A stretch of 63,385 nt of DNA from an uncultured Gammaproteobacteria bacterium (GCA_964570525.1 CAZMYO010000062.1:1-63385), one strand, 5' to 3'; positions 7,803-17,011 are shown, numbered from the stretch's first letter. Notes: generated from the sequence alone by a model not told the origin. Numbers and translations: made by a program.

Positions 7803-8753
7803 ATGAAAAAGAATGTCGTGGTTATCGGAGGAGGAAATGGCAGTGCCATTATTTTAAGCGCGCTGAAAGCTGACGTTAAAAAATTAAATCTCGCGGCAGT
7901 TATTTCCATGAGCGATTCCGGCGGATCGTCAGGCCGTTTGCGCAGAGAATTCAAGACGCTTCCTCCCGGCGATATTATGCGGGCGATTCTCGCTCTCTCC
8001 AAGTACGATTACGCCGCCCTCCGAAAAATTTTTTACGCTCCTCGGTTCAAGGGCCTGGGGAAACTGGATGGGCATAATTTAGGAAATTTATTTTTGGTTT
8101 TGGTGGCGCATTACAGCGGTGATTTTTTGGCGGGGCTTATGGCGCTCTCCCAGAGCGTGGAGGCGGTGGGAAGAGTTTTACCCGTTACTCTCAAGAGTGC
8201 GGACCTGGTGGCTAGGCTTACCAACGGCGAAATTATTAGAACGGAAGCATTTATTGATAAACCACAATACAATCGTGGATTGAAAATAGAAAAGGTATGG
8301 CTCGAGCCGGAATATCGTGTCTATCCGGAAGCAAAAAAAGCCTTGCTCGGGGCGGATTATATTATTTTTAGTCCGGGGAGCCTATACACGAGTCTCGTGG
8401 CTACTATTTTGCCCCAGGGAATCCGTGAGGCGATAGCAAAATCAAAGGCCAAGCTTATCTATATTGCCGGCGATGCCTATCGCCAAGATGGCGAAACCGG
8501 GCCGGAAAAACTTAGCGATTTTGTGCGCACGCTTGAAAGTTATTTGCCACGGGGCCTGGATACAGTGGTGTATAACAATTCCAAGCTTACGGCGCGGCAG
8601 CGGCGGACGTATCACGAGGAAAAATGGGGAGTTTTTGAGAAAGATGTGAAAAATTTACCGGGCTATAAATTAGTTGGAGGAAATTTTGAAAAACCGGAAG
8701 GCGGCTTAAGTTCCGAGAAGATTGCGAAGAGTTTACGGAAGTTAATTGTTTAG
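7803..8753 (+). CDS. yvcK: YvcK/CofD-family gluconeogenesis factor
   Basis: VVIGGGNGSA, SDSGGSSGRLR and LPPGDIMRA motifs. Confidence 0.85.
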   Translation: MKKNVVVIGGGNGSAIILSALKADVKKLNLAAVISMSDSGGSSGRLRREFKTLPPGDIMRAILALSKYDYAALRKIFYAPRFKGLGKLDGHNLGNLFLVLVAHYSGDFLAGLMALSQSVEAVGRVLPVTLKSADLVARLTNGEIIRTEAFIDKPQYNRGLKIEKVWLEPEYRVYPEAKKALLGADYIIFSPGSLYTSLVATILPQGIREAIAKSKAKLIYIAGDAYRQDGETGPEKLSDFVRTLESYLPRGLDTVVYNNSKLTARQRRTYHEEKWGVFEKDVKNLPGYKLVGGNFEKPEGGLSSEKIAKSLRKLIV

Positions 8754-8755
8754 AT

Positions 8756-9085
8756 ATGGAAATACAAAAGACGGTGTGTAAGAGCGAGGCCATAAAAATT
8801 ATTATGGAGGAAGCGGGGAAGGTTGTTGGTAGGGTATATTTGTATATTGTTTTAAATGATTTGCACGCTGAGCCGTATGGATTAATTGAAGATCTATATG
8901 TGGAGGAAGCGGCGCGGGGGCGGGGAGTGGGCACCGAGCTCATAAAAGTGGCAGTGACCGAAGCCAAGGCGCGGGGCTGTTATAAAATAATCGCCACCAG
9001 CCGGCAATCTCGCGAGCAGGTGCATGCGTTGTATGAGAAGAATGGATTTAAAAATTATGGAATAGAGTTCAGAATGGATTTTTAA
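8756..9085 (+). CDS. GNAT-family N-acetyltransferase
   Basis: RGRGVGTELIKVAVTEAKARG is the acetyl-CoA binding motif A. YEKNGF is also present. Confidence 0.75.
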   Translation: MEIQKTVCKSEAIKIIMEEAGKVVGRVYLYIVLNDLHAEPYGLIEDLYVEEAARGRGVGTELIKVAVTEAKARGCYKIIATSRQSREQVHALYEKNGFKNYGIEFRMDF

Positions 9086-9094
9086 AAAGTCGTT

Positions 9095-10303
9095 ATGAAT
9101 CTTTACGAATTTGAGGGAAAAAATTTATTTGCGAAGCATGGGATTACTATTCCGAAAGGCGTGGTAGTTCGTCGTGGGGATGACTTTAGAATTAAGTATC
9201 AAGAATTAGGAGTTAAAGATGTTGTCGTTAAAGCGCAAGTATTATCGGGTAAACGCGGGAAGAATAATGGGATTAGATTTTGTTCAAGTGTTGAAGAGGC
9301 GCAAACAGCTTGTGAGGAGTTGTTTGCGATGAACATTCAGGGGCAATACGTTGCCGCAGTGTTGATTGAGGAGAAATTTGATATTGCCGAGGAACATTAT
9401 TTGTCTATTACCTATGATACCAACAAAAAACAGCCGATGTTGATTTATAGTCGGCGAGGTGGAATGGATATTGAGGACGTGCCGGAGGGCGGTATTGAGA
9501 AGATGTGGTTGGATGTACGAGGGGAAACGTTGGCAGGGTTCGGCGCTCTCGGCAGTGGCCAGTTATCCCCCTCTTACCAAGAGGGGGCTCGGGGGGAGTT
9601 GCCGTTGTTGGCTCAATCCCTATGGAGTTGTTTTTTGGCAGAAGATACTCGTCTCGTCGAAATTAATCCTCTCATCAAGACTACAGATGGCCGGTGGGTA
9701 GCGGCCGACGCCAAGGTTGCGCTCGACGACGACGCCTTTTATCGCCATGAAGAATGGAAAGAGTTGGAACCACGGACGATGCTGGGACGCCTGCCGACCG
9801 AGCGTGAACTTGCCGTGAAAAAAATTGATGAAGGCGAGGCGTATTATCGCGGTACGGCCGGAAAATATATTGAAATGGACGGGGACATCGCGATTTTATT
9901 CTCTGGCGGTGGAGCGAGTATTGCCAATATGGACGCGCTCATTAAAGCCGGTTGCCGGCCGGCAAACTATACGGAGTATTCCGGCAACCCGCCCCGAGAA
10001 AAAGTCGCGCAGTTGGCGAGAATTGTTTTGTCCAAGCCCGGGCTTAAAGGTCTGTGGGTTGCCGGCGGGGTGGCTAACTTTACTAACATCGCCGAAACTT
10101 TTAATGGCATTACGGATGCTTTAGATGAGATAAAACCAAATTATCCGATTGTGGTGCGCCGCGCCGGTCCCTTCGAAGAAGACGGCATGCGACTCATGCG
10201 CGAATGCGCCGAGCGTAATCATCTAAATATGAAATTATTCGGCAAAGAGACTTCAATGAGCGAAACGGCGAAAATTTTGGCGGAGATGGTAAATAAACAA
10301 TAA
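9095..10303 (+). CDS. Succinyl-CoA synthetase beta-subunit-like ATP-grasp protein (SucC / citryl-CoA synthetase large-subunit-like)
   Basis: The MNLYEFEGKNLFAKHGI N-terminus and the length match SucC. It contains a GC hairpin insert at 9564-9597. Confidence 0.8.
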   Translation: MNLYEFEGKNLFAKHGITIPKGVVVRRGDDFRIKYQELGVKDVVVKAQVLSGKRGKNNGIRFCSSVEEAQTACEELFAMNIQGQYVAAVLIEEKFDIAEEHYLSITYDTNKKQPMLIYSRRGGMDIEDVPEGGIEKMWLDVRGETLAGFGALGSGQLSPSYQEGARGELPLLAQSLWSCFLAEDTRLVEINPLIKTTDGRWVAADAKVALDDDAFYRHEEWKELEPRTMLGRLPTERELAVKKIDEGEAYYRGTAGKYIEMDGDIAILFSGGGASIANMDALIKAGCRPANYTEYSGNPPREKVAQLARIVLSKPGLKGLWVAGGVANFTNIAETFNGITDALDEIKPNYPIVVRRAGPFEEDGMRLMRECAERNHLNMKLFGKETSMSETAKILAEMVNKQ

Positions 10304-10305
10304 GT

Positions 10306-11277
10306 ATGTCCATTCTTATTACTAAAAATACCAAAGTTTTGGTTCAAGGCATTACCGGAAAAGAGGGCGCCAAGGCCACCAAAGCCATGCTCGAGTACCA
10401 CACGAACGTGGTTGCTGGCGTGACCCCGAACAAAGGCGGGCAAGAAGTTGAGGGTAAGCCAGTGTTCAATTCGGTGAGGGAGGCACTGGCTGCCATTGCG
10501 AGCGAAGCGAAGCAATCTCCCAGCTTAAGCACTCCTGATGACCAGGGGATTGCCACGTCGGTCGCTACGCCGCCTCCTCGCAATGACATTGTTTCAGCCA
10601 TCTACGTTCCCCCGTTCGCCGCCAAAGCCGCTATTCTCGAAGCGATTGAGAACAATATTCCTTTGATTAATATTATCGTGGAGCGTATCCCGATTAAAGA
10701 TACGGCGTATTGTTTGGCGGCGGCGCGCGAGAAAAATATCCGGATTATTGGGCCGAGTTCGCTCGGGCTCATCAGCCCCGGCGTCGGTCGCATTGGCGTG
10801 GTCGGTGGCCCCTTGGTCAACGAAATTTTTCAACCCGGGTCGATCGGCATTATTTCCCGCTCCGGTGGGATGACGAACGAGGTCTCGTGGCAAGTCCGTA
10901 AAGCCGGACTCGGCCAGAGTAGCGCAGTGCACGTGGGCGGGGACCTCCTTATGGGCACAACCTATGGCGATCTGCTACAATTGTTTGAGGGGGACCCGCA
11001 AACCAAGGCGGTGGTGATTTTCGGGGAACATGGCGGGAGTTATGAGTTTGAAATTGTGGAGCTCATTAAACAAAAGAAATTTACCAAGCCCTTGGCTATC
11101 TACATTGGTGGCAAATTCGCCAATCTGTTTCCCGAAGGGATGAATATTGGACATGCCGGGGCGATTGTGGCGCGGGGTCAGGGCGCGGCGGAGAAGGCCA
11201 AGGCCCTAAAATCGGTGGGAGCGCTTATCGCCAATAGCTACGAAGAATTGGCAGCGCTTGTTAAACCATATGCTTAA
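10306..11277 (+). CDS. Succinyl-CoA synthetase alpha-subunit-like protein (SucD / citryl-CoA synthetase small-subunit-like)
   Basis: VLVQGITGKEG forms the CoA-binding Rossmann motif. IGHAGAI is the phosphohistidine loop. It carries a ~31-aa in-frame insert encoded by a palindromic element. Confidence 0.8.
   Translation: MSILITKNTKVLVQGITGKEGAKATKAMLEYHTNVVAGVTPNKGGQEVEGKPVFNSVREALAAIASEAKQSPSLSTPDDQGIATSVATPPPRNDIVSAIYVPPFAAKAAILEAIENNIPLINIIVERIPIKDTAYCLAAAREKNIRIIGPSSLGLISPGVGRIGVVGGPLVNEIFQPGSIGIISRSGGMTNEVSWQVRKAGLGQSSAVHVGGDLLMGTTYGDLLQLFEGDPQTKAVVIFGEHGGSYEFEIVELIKQKKFTKPLAIYIGGKFANLFPEGMNIGHAGAIVARGQGAAEKAKALKSVGALIANSYEELAALVKPYA
10494..10587. mobile_element. MITE/REP-like palindromic element inserted in frame in the SucD-like CDS
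   Basis: The termini cattgcgagcgaagcg and cgcctcctcgcaatgac are inverted repeats. The core gcaatctcccagcttaagcactcc...ggggattgccacgtc matches a second copy at 22473-22576. Confidence 0.6.
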
Positions 11278-11282
11278 GCGTT

Positions 11283-12215
11283 ATGAAAATTATATCTAAA
11301 TTTCTCCACTTAGCAGTCCTTTTTTTCTTGGTAATTCCCCAAGGAGTTTTGGCGAAGGGCGCTGGTTTTGTGCCGGCCGGCGGTATTTGGTTTTCAACCG
11401 ATACATTTTTACCCAAAGAGACTGTCCGGGTCTATACAGTTATCGTTAATAATAATTATTTTTCCCTGGAAGCACAGGTGAATTTTTATGATAATGGCGA
11501 GTTGATTGACGCGGCGGAGATTCATGGATTACCAAAAGAGGCCGCCAAAGTAGTTAGAGTTTTTTGGCAGCCGACCGAGGGGCGGCACATAGTGTCGGCT
11601 CGGTTGCTTAAGGCGGTGGCCACGGATGAAAGCGGTAAGCGTACCGAGCTTTCTCTCGCCGATCTCACGAGCGTGCCGGGAATTCCGCTTATGGTGGTTG
11701 GAAGCAGCGCCTCCCCCCCACCTTTAATCACTGAAAGCACGGCCTTGGGAGCTACGACAGTCGCAATAAAGCGAGAAGGTGACAAATTTTTTATTACCGC
11801 CCTCGATAAGCGAGGGGTTGAAGGCGAGAAGATAGCAGGAAGTGGGGTCGCGAATACCGAAGAGGCTTCGGCTACAAGTTCTTCGGGGAACAATACCCAA
11901 GATTTTTTTAAGAAAAATCGGGAGGCACTTGATAAACTACGGGGCGTCGCGGCGGGAGTTACCGGAACAGCGAGTGCTGTGGGCCAGGCGTACGGTGAAT
12001 CCAAATCTTTTTTGGAAAAAGGTAAAGAGCTTTATGAGACCAGCCGTAAATTTACGGATAAACTACAGCCATTTTTCGACAAGGTTGTGTCCGGGTGGAT
12101 GGTAATTTCGGGTAATAATAACCCCAAACGGGTAGTATTGATTGTGGGAGGCAGCGTAGTGGCTTGGCTGGCGCTTCGCCGCTCGCGGCGCTCACGAAGA
12201 TATTTTGGACGTTAA
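11283..12215 (+). CDS. Hypothetical exported protein with a C-terminal membrane anchor
   Basis: N-terminal signal-like segment LAVLFFLVIPQGVLA. C-terminal hydrophobic helix followed by RRSRRSRR. Confidence 0.5.
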   Translation: MKIISKFLHLAVLFFLVIPQGVLAKGAGFVPAGGIWFSTDTFLPKETVRVYTVIVNNNYFSLEAQVNFYDNGELIDAAEIHGLPKEAAKVVRVFWQPTEGRHIVSARLLKAVATDESGKRTELSLADLTSVPGIPLMVVGSSASPPPLITESTALGATTVAIKREGDKFFITALDKRGVEGEKIAGSGVANTEEASATSSSGNNTQDFFKKNREALDKLRGVAAGVTGTASAVGQAYGESKSFLEKGKELYETSRKFTDKLQPFFDKVVSGWMVISGNNNPKRVVLIVGGSVVAWLALRRSRRSRRYFGR

Positions 12216-12232
12216 TTTTTTAAAATAATTTT

Positions 12233-12979
12233 ATGACTTGGAAAACGAGTATAAGCAAAATCACCGACAACAAGGAAATTGTTCGAGGGGTTGATCTACA
12301 AGAGCTTATAAAGAAAAGAGATTTTGTGGAAGTAATTTTTTTGTTGCTGAAAGGACGGTTGCCCACCGCCCAAGAAACAAAAATGCTGAACGCGCTCTTT
12401 ACCGCCTGTATCGATCACGGCATTGGCGCGCCAGCGGCGACTGTTGCCAGGATAGTTGCCTCAACGGGGAACAGCCTGCATACCGCGGTTGCCTCCGGGA
12501 TTTTGGCGATGGGAGAATTACACGGCGGCGCGATTGAAGGAGCGGCGAAATTTTTTCAGGAGAATGTTGATGTTGCAGAGACGCAAAATTTTGCGTCTCT
12601 GCAGAAATTTATCCAATCGTTAAAAGACAAAAAAATTCGCATCCCCGGGTACGGCCACAAGGTGTTAACCCACGATCACCGCGCCGACACCTTATTTGAA
12701 GTTGCTAAAGAAACAGATTTTTACGGCGAGCATTGCGCGTTTGCCGCAGCAGTTGGTGAAGCATTAAATAAAGTTTCCTCAAAAAAATTACCGCTTAATG
12801 TTGATGGCGCCATGGGGGCAATTGTTTCTGACATGGGGTTTGATTGGCGGCTCGCCAAAGGTTTTTTTGTTATCGGCCGTGTACCTGGCCTCGTGGCGCA
12901 GGTGTATGAGGAGATGATGAGCGGCGAAGGAGTCAGACGGGTAAGTGAGGCGGATATCGCGTATCTTGGAGATGAATAA
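12233..12979 (+). CDS. Short citrate-synthase-family protein (citryl-CoA-lyase-like)
   Basis: GYGHKVLTHDHRAD resembles the citrate synthase GYGHRV..DPRA signature. The ~248-aa size is like stand-alone Ccl. Confidence 0.7.
   Translation: MTWKTSISKITDNKEIVRGVDLQELIKKRDFVEVIFLLLKGRLPTAQETKMLNALFTACIDHGIGAPAATVARIVASTGNSLHTAVASGILAMGELHGGAIEGAAKFFQENVDVAETQNFASLQKFIQSLKDKKIRIPGYGHKVLTHDHRADTLFEVAKETDFYGEHCAFAAAVGEALNKVSSKKLPLNVDGAMGAIVSDMGFDWRLAKGFFVIGRVPGLVAQVYEEMMSGEGVRRVSEADIAYLGDE
12575..12602. repeat. REP palindrome (GAGACGC family) inside the CDS
   Basis: gcagagacgcaaaattttgcgtctctgc is translated as AETQNFASLQ. It is related to the REPs at 54243 and 54584. Confidence 0.6.
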
Positions 12980-12989
12980 TATTATCTTT

Positions 12990-13880
12990 ATGGCTGACTA
13001 TACAATTCTTACCACAGAACCAAGCAAGGATTTCGAGCTTCTTGATAGCGGCGAAGGGGAAAAGCTAGAGCGCTATGGCAAAATAATCATTTCTCGTCCC
13101 GACCCCCAAGCTTTGTGGCGGAAGCATTTGAGCGAAGTGGAGTGGAAGAAAGCGGACGCGTTTTTTAAACGAGACAGTAAGGACGCGACTTGGGACTTTA
13201 GGAAGGAATTGCCGGAAAGGTGGACGACTGAACTCGCGGGTTTAAAATTTTGGATTAAATTGTCGGCCTTTAAGCATACGGGATTATTTCCGGAGCAGGC
13301 GGGGAATTGGAGCTGGCTGCGCCAGCAAGTCGAAAGTCAAAAGTCCATAAAGTTGAAAAGTCCGGTGAAGATTTTAAATTTGTTTGGTTATACTGGTGGG
13401 GCGAGTTTGGCGGCGGCCAAAGCCGGGGCGGAGGTTTGCCACTTGGATGGTTCCAAAGTGGCGATTGGGTGGGCGCGAGACAACGCGGAACTTTCCGGTC
13501 TTAAAGACAAACCAATTCGTTGGATACTCGATGACGCGCGAACATTCGTGAAGCGGGAAATAAAACGCGGTCGGCGCTACGACGGGATTATTATGGATCC
13601 GCCGGCGTTTGGCCACGGGCCGGGCGGGGAGATCTGGAAAATTGAAGAACACTTTTTAGAGTTGTTGGATTTGTGCCGGCAAGTTCTGTCGGAACAGCCG
13701 CTATTTTTTCTCATTAATGGCTATGCTTCCGGCTACTCGGCCTTAGCTTACAAAAATAATTTGGAAGAGATTGAAAAAAAATATCAAGGCAAGGTGGAGG
13801 CGGGGGAACTAACCATCGCAGAGTCGGGCAGCGAACGCCTTTTGCCCTGCGGGATTTTTGCGCGATGGAGCAGTCTATGA
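12990..13880 (+). CDS. Class I SAM-dependent methyltransferase (RlmI/YccW-like)
   Basis: LNLFGYTGGASLAAA is SAM motif I. IIMDPPAFG is the catalytic motif. It contains the half word-repeat at 13327-13363, translated as VESQKSIKLKSP. Confidence 0.75.
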   Translation: MADYTILTTEPSKDFELLDSGEGEKLERYGKIIISRPDPQALWRKHLSEVEWKKADAFFKRDSKDATWDFRKELPERWTTELAGLKFWIKLSAFKHTGLFPEQAGNWSWLRQQVESQKSIKLKSPVKILNLFGYTGGASLAAAKAGAEVCHLDGSKVAIGWARDNAELSGLKDKPIRWILDDARTFVKREIKRGRRYDGIIMDPPAFGHGPGGEIWKIEEHFLELLDLCRQVLSEQPLFFLINGYASGYSALAYKNNLEEIEKKYQGKVEAGELTIAESGSERLLPCGIFARWSSL

Positions 13881-14542
13881 CACTCAAAATTCTCTACGAA
13901 GACAACCACCTCATCGCCGTCTACAAGCCGGCTGGAGTTTTGGTGCAGGGGGATGTTACAAAAGACCCGACACTAATGGATGAAGTGAAATATTACTTAA
14001 AAACAAAATACCATAAGCTTGGGAAAGTTTTTTTGGGGCTGCTTCATCGGTTGGATCGGCCGGTGCAAGGCATAATCCTCTTTGCCAAAACTTCTAAAGG
14101 CGCCGCCCGATTGTCGGAGCAGTTTAGAAAGCATGAGGTAAAAAAAATTTATGAAGCAATAGTGATTGGCAAACCGAAAGAGTTAAAAGCAACCCTGGTT
14201 CATTATTTAAAAAAAGATTCACAAAAAAATAAGACAGCGGTAAGTGAAAAGCGAAGCATTGGCGCGCAGGAGGCTGTGTTGCATTATAGGGTTGAAAAAT
14301 CGAACGCAAAATATTCCTTGCTTAAAATTACTTTGGAAACCGGTCGGCCGCATCAGATTCGGGCGCAACTAGCGGCTATTGGTTGTCCGATTTTGGGTGA
14401 TGTTAAGTATGGCGCTCCCGCGCCCTTGGCCGATAAATCAATCGCTCTCGCGGCGATATCACTTACGTTTCAGTTGGCAACACAGCCGGAGATGAAGACA
14501 GTAGAACTGGCTGTGCCGGAAGTTTGGAGAAAGTATGTGTAA
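13877..14542 (+). CDS. RluA-family pseudouridine synthase
   Basis: HRLDRPVQGIILFAKT contains the catalytic Asp motif. The start shows ATGA overlap with the upstream stop. An alternative start is at 13865. Confidence 0.85.
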   Translation: MTLKILYEDNHLIAVYKPAGVLVQGDVTKDPTLMDEVKYYLKTKYHKLGKVFLGLLHRLDRPVQGIILFAKTSKGAARLSEQFRKHEVKKIYEAIVIGKPKELKATLVHYLKKDSQKNKTAVSEKRSIGAQEAVLHYRVEKSNAKYSLLKITLETGRPHQIRAQLAAIGCPILGDVKYGAPAPLADKSIALAAISLTFQLATQPEMKTVELAVPEVWRKYV

Positions 14543-14551
14543 TATAGTTAC

Positions 14552-15688
14552 ATGAATTCCCTTGAATACCATCGAAAATTGAAAGGAAAAATAGAAGTTA
14601 TTTCGCGGGCGAAAATTGCTACCCGCGAGGATTTGAGTTTGGCCTATACACCCGGTGTGGCCGAGGCTTGCCAGGCGATTATTAAAGATAAGGAAGAGGT
14701 GTACGCTCTCACCCGAAAAAATAATCTGGTTGCCGTCGTTACCGACGGCAGCGCCGTACTCGGGCTCGGTAACATCGGACCGGAAGCAAGTTTGCCGGTG
14801 ATGGAGGGCAAATGCGCGCTCTTTAAAGAGTTTGCCGATGTGGATGCGATACCGATTGCGCTTAAAACCCAGAATGTAGAGGAAATTATTCGGACGGTGG
14901 CTTTGATATCGCCTGCTTTTGGCGGTATTAATTTGGAAGATATTTCCGCGCCGCGCTGTTTTGAGATTGAAGCCAGATTGAGCGAGCTTTTGGACATACC
15001 GGTATTTCACGACGATCAACACGGCACGGCTATTGTGGTTATGGCCGGACTTTTGAACGCGCTTAAGGTTGTCGGTAAAAAATTGGCAGAAATAAAGATT
15101 GTTGTCAGTGGTGTCGGTGCGGCCGGGTCGGCAGTAAGTTTTTTGCTTTTGCACGCGGGCGCTCAAGATATTTTTTTAGTTGATTCAAAAGGAATAATTG
15201 TTGCTGGTCGAGACGGTCTGGATGGAAAAAAACAAGAATTAGCTGTTTTGACTAATAAAGAAAAAATAGTCGGCGGCCTCAAAGAGGCGGTACGGGGAGC
15301 GGATGTGTTTATTGGCGTGAGCAAGCCTGGAATTCTTACGTCGGAGATGGTCGCGACTATGAACCAGAAAGCGATTGTGTTTGCTATGGCCAACCCCATA
15401 CCAGAAATTATGCCCGAGGTAGCGGCAGCAGCCGGGGCCAGAGTGGTGGCTACCGGACGGAGCGATTTTCCCAATCAAGTAAATAATGTGCTGGCTTTCC
15501 CGGGAATATTTCGCGGATTGTTAGATGGGCGAATCAAGCATGTTACGATGGGGATGAAATTAGCGGCCGCTCAGGCACTGGCTCGGCTTGTCCCTTATCC
15601 AACCACAGAGATGATTTTACCAAGTCCGCTCGATAAAGAGGTGGGCAAGGTAATCGCCCGGGCGGTTAGGGCCGCGGCAGTATTTTGA
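14552..15688 (+). CDS. NAD(P)-dependent malic enzyme (short type)
   Basis: LSLAYTPGVAEAC, FHDDQHGTA and GVGAAG Rossmann motifs. Confidence 0.85.
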   Translation: MNSLEYHRKLKGKIEVISRAKIATREDLSLAYTPGVAEACQAIIKDKEEVYALTRKNNLVAVVTDGSAVLGLGNIGPEASLPVMEGKCALFKEFADVDAIPIALKTQNVEEIIRTVALISPAFGGINLEDISAPRCFEIEARLSELLDIPVFHDDQHGTAIVVMAGLLNALKVVGKKLAEIKIVVSGVGAAGSAVSFLLLHAGAQDIFLVDSKGIIVAGRDGLDGKKQELAVLTNKEKIVGGLKEAVRGADVFIGVSKPGILTSEMVATMNQKAIVFAMANPIPEIMPEVAAAAGARVVATGRSDFPNQVNNVLAFPGIFRGLLDGRIKHVTMGMKLAAAQALARLVPYPTTEMILPSPLDKEVGKVIARAVRAAAVF

Positions 15689-15689
15689 T

Positions 15690-16961
15690 ATGCTTGAAAA
15701 AATTATTGATCTCCATATTCATTCTAAATACTCGCGGGCGTGTTCGCCGGCGCTCACGCTGCCCAACATTGCGCGCGTTTGTGAAGACAAAGGCATAGAT
15801 ATCGCATCAACTGGGGATTTCACCCATCCCGCTTGGTTTAGCCATATTGAGGAGAATTTGGAAGAGGTTGATAGCAGTGGGTTATATGTCTTAAAGAATA
15901 ATAAAAGCAAAACTCGTTTTATTTTGGGCACGGAAATATCTTGCATTTATAAACATAAAGAAAAAGTTCGGCGATTGCATCTATTGATTTTTGCTCCGAA
16001 CATTGAGATGGCCAGTAAGTTTAATAATGAGTTGGAAAAGAGAGGTGTCAATTTAAAATCAGACGGCCGTCCGATCATGGGACTTTCCGGAAAAGAGATA
16101 GTAAAAATTGCCTTAGAAGTTGATGAAAAGATGATGGTAATTCCGGCGCATGCTTGGACGCCATGGTTCGCGGTATTCGGTTCTAAATCCGGCTACGATT
16201 CTCTGGAAGAATGTTTTGAAGAGCTGGCCCCGCGTATCTTCGCGATTGAAACCGGTCCTTCGAGCGACCCGACAATGAATCATCGTTTAAGTCAATTGGA
16301 TAAGATTACTTTGATTTCCAATTCCGATGCTCATAGTTTGGATAATTTGGGTCGGGAGGCCAATGTGATGGTTTTTGATGATGAGCACGATATAAATTAC
16401 GGAGAAGTCCGGCGAGTAATTAAAGAAGGCGACAGAAAAAAGTTTTTATATACCATTGAATTTTATCCCGAAGAAGGGAAATATCATTATGACGGCCACA
16501 AGGATTGCGAGGTAAACCTTAGTCCCAAAGAAACCAAGCAAGAAAAATTCATTTGTCCCAAATGCAAGAAGGTTGTTACGGTGGGGGTTCTACATCGGGT
16601 GGATGACCTGGCTGATCGGGAAGATAAAGATATTCCGGAAGAAAAGTTTATTCCCCATAAATATATCGTGCCCCTACGCGAGGTTATTGGCAGAGTTTTT
16701 GAGGTTGGGAAGAAAGCCAAAAAAGTTGAACAGGAGTATCGCCGGATGATAACCAATGTCGGCAATGAATTTTATATTTTACTTCACGCTCCGTCCGAGG
16801 AAATATCGCGGCACGCCTCTGATCTTAATCTGGTTCTCGCCATACAAAATATGCGTGAGGGGAAAGTGAAAATTATTCCCGGATACGACGGAGTGTACGG
16901 CGTGGTGGATGTATTGCCCGAAACCCACCAGCGTGGCCCTAAGCAGTCGCGTTTATTGTAG
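15690..16961 (+). CDS. PHP-domain nuclease, endonuclease Q-like
   Basis: DLHIHSKYSRA, TGDFTHPAW, PAHAWTPW, SNSDAHS..LGRE, GKYHYDGH, the CPKCKK zinc ribbon and the C-terminal PGYDGVYG match my recollection of the EndoQ motif order. Confidence 0.7.
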   Translation: MLEKIIDLHIHSKYSRACSPALTLPNIARVCEDKGIDIASTGDFTHPAWFSHIEENLEEVDSSGLYVLKNNKSKTRFILGTEISCIYKHKEKVRRLHLLIFAPNIEMASKFNNELEKRGVNLKSDGRPIMGLSGKEIVKIALEVDEKMMVIPAHAWTPWFAVFGSKSGYDSLEECFEELAPRIFAIETGPSSDPTMNHRLSQLDKITLISNSDAHSLDNLGREANVMVFDDEHDINYGEVRRVIKEGDRKKFLYTIEFYPEEGKYHYDGHKDCEVNLSPKETKQEKFICPKCKKVVTVGVLHRVDDLADREDKDIPEEKFIPHKYIVPLREVIGRVFEVGKKAKKVEQEYRRMITNVGNEFYILLHAPSEEISRHASDLNLVLAIQNMREGKVKIIPGYDGVYGVVDVLPETHQRGPKQSRLL

Positions 16962-16970
16962 ATTTTGGTA

Positions 16971-17003
16971 AAAAAAACCCTGTCCGCCCAGGCGGACAGG
17001 GTT
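16971..17003. terminator. Bidirectional rho-independent terminator
   Basis: An A-run, then ccctgtccgcc-cag-gcggacaggg, then gtt. It lies between convergent genes. Confidence 0.6.
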
Positions 17004-17011
17004 ACGAAGAA

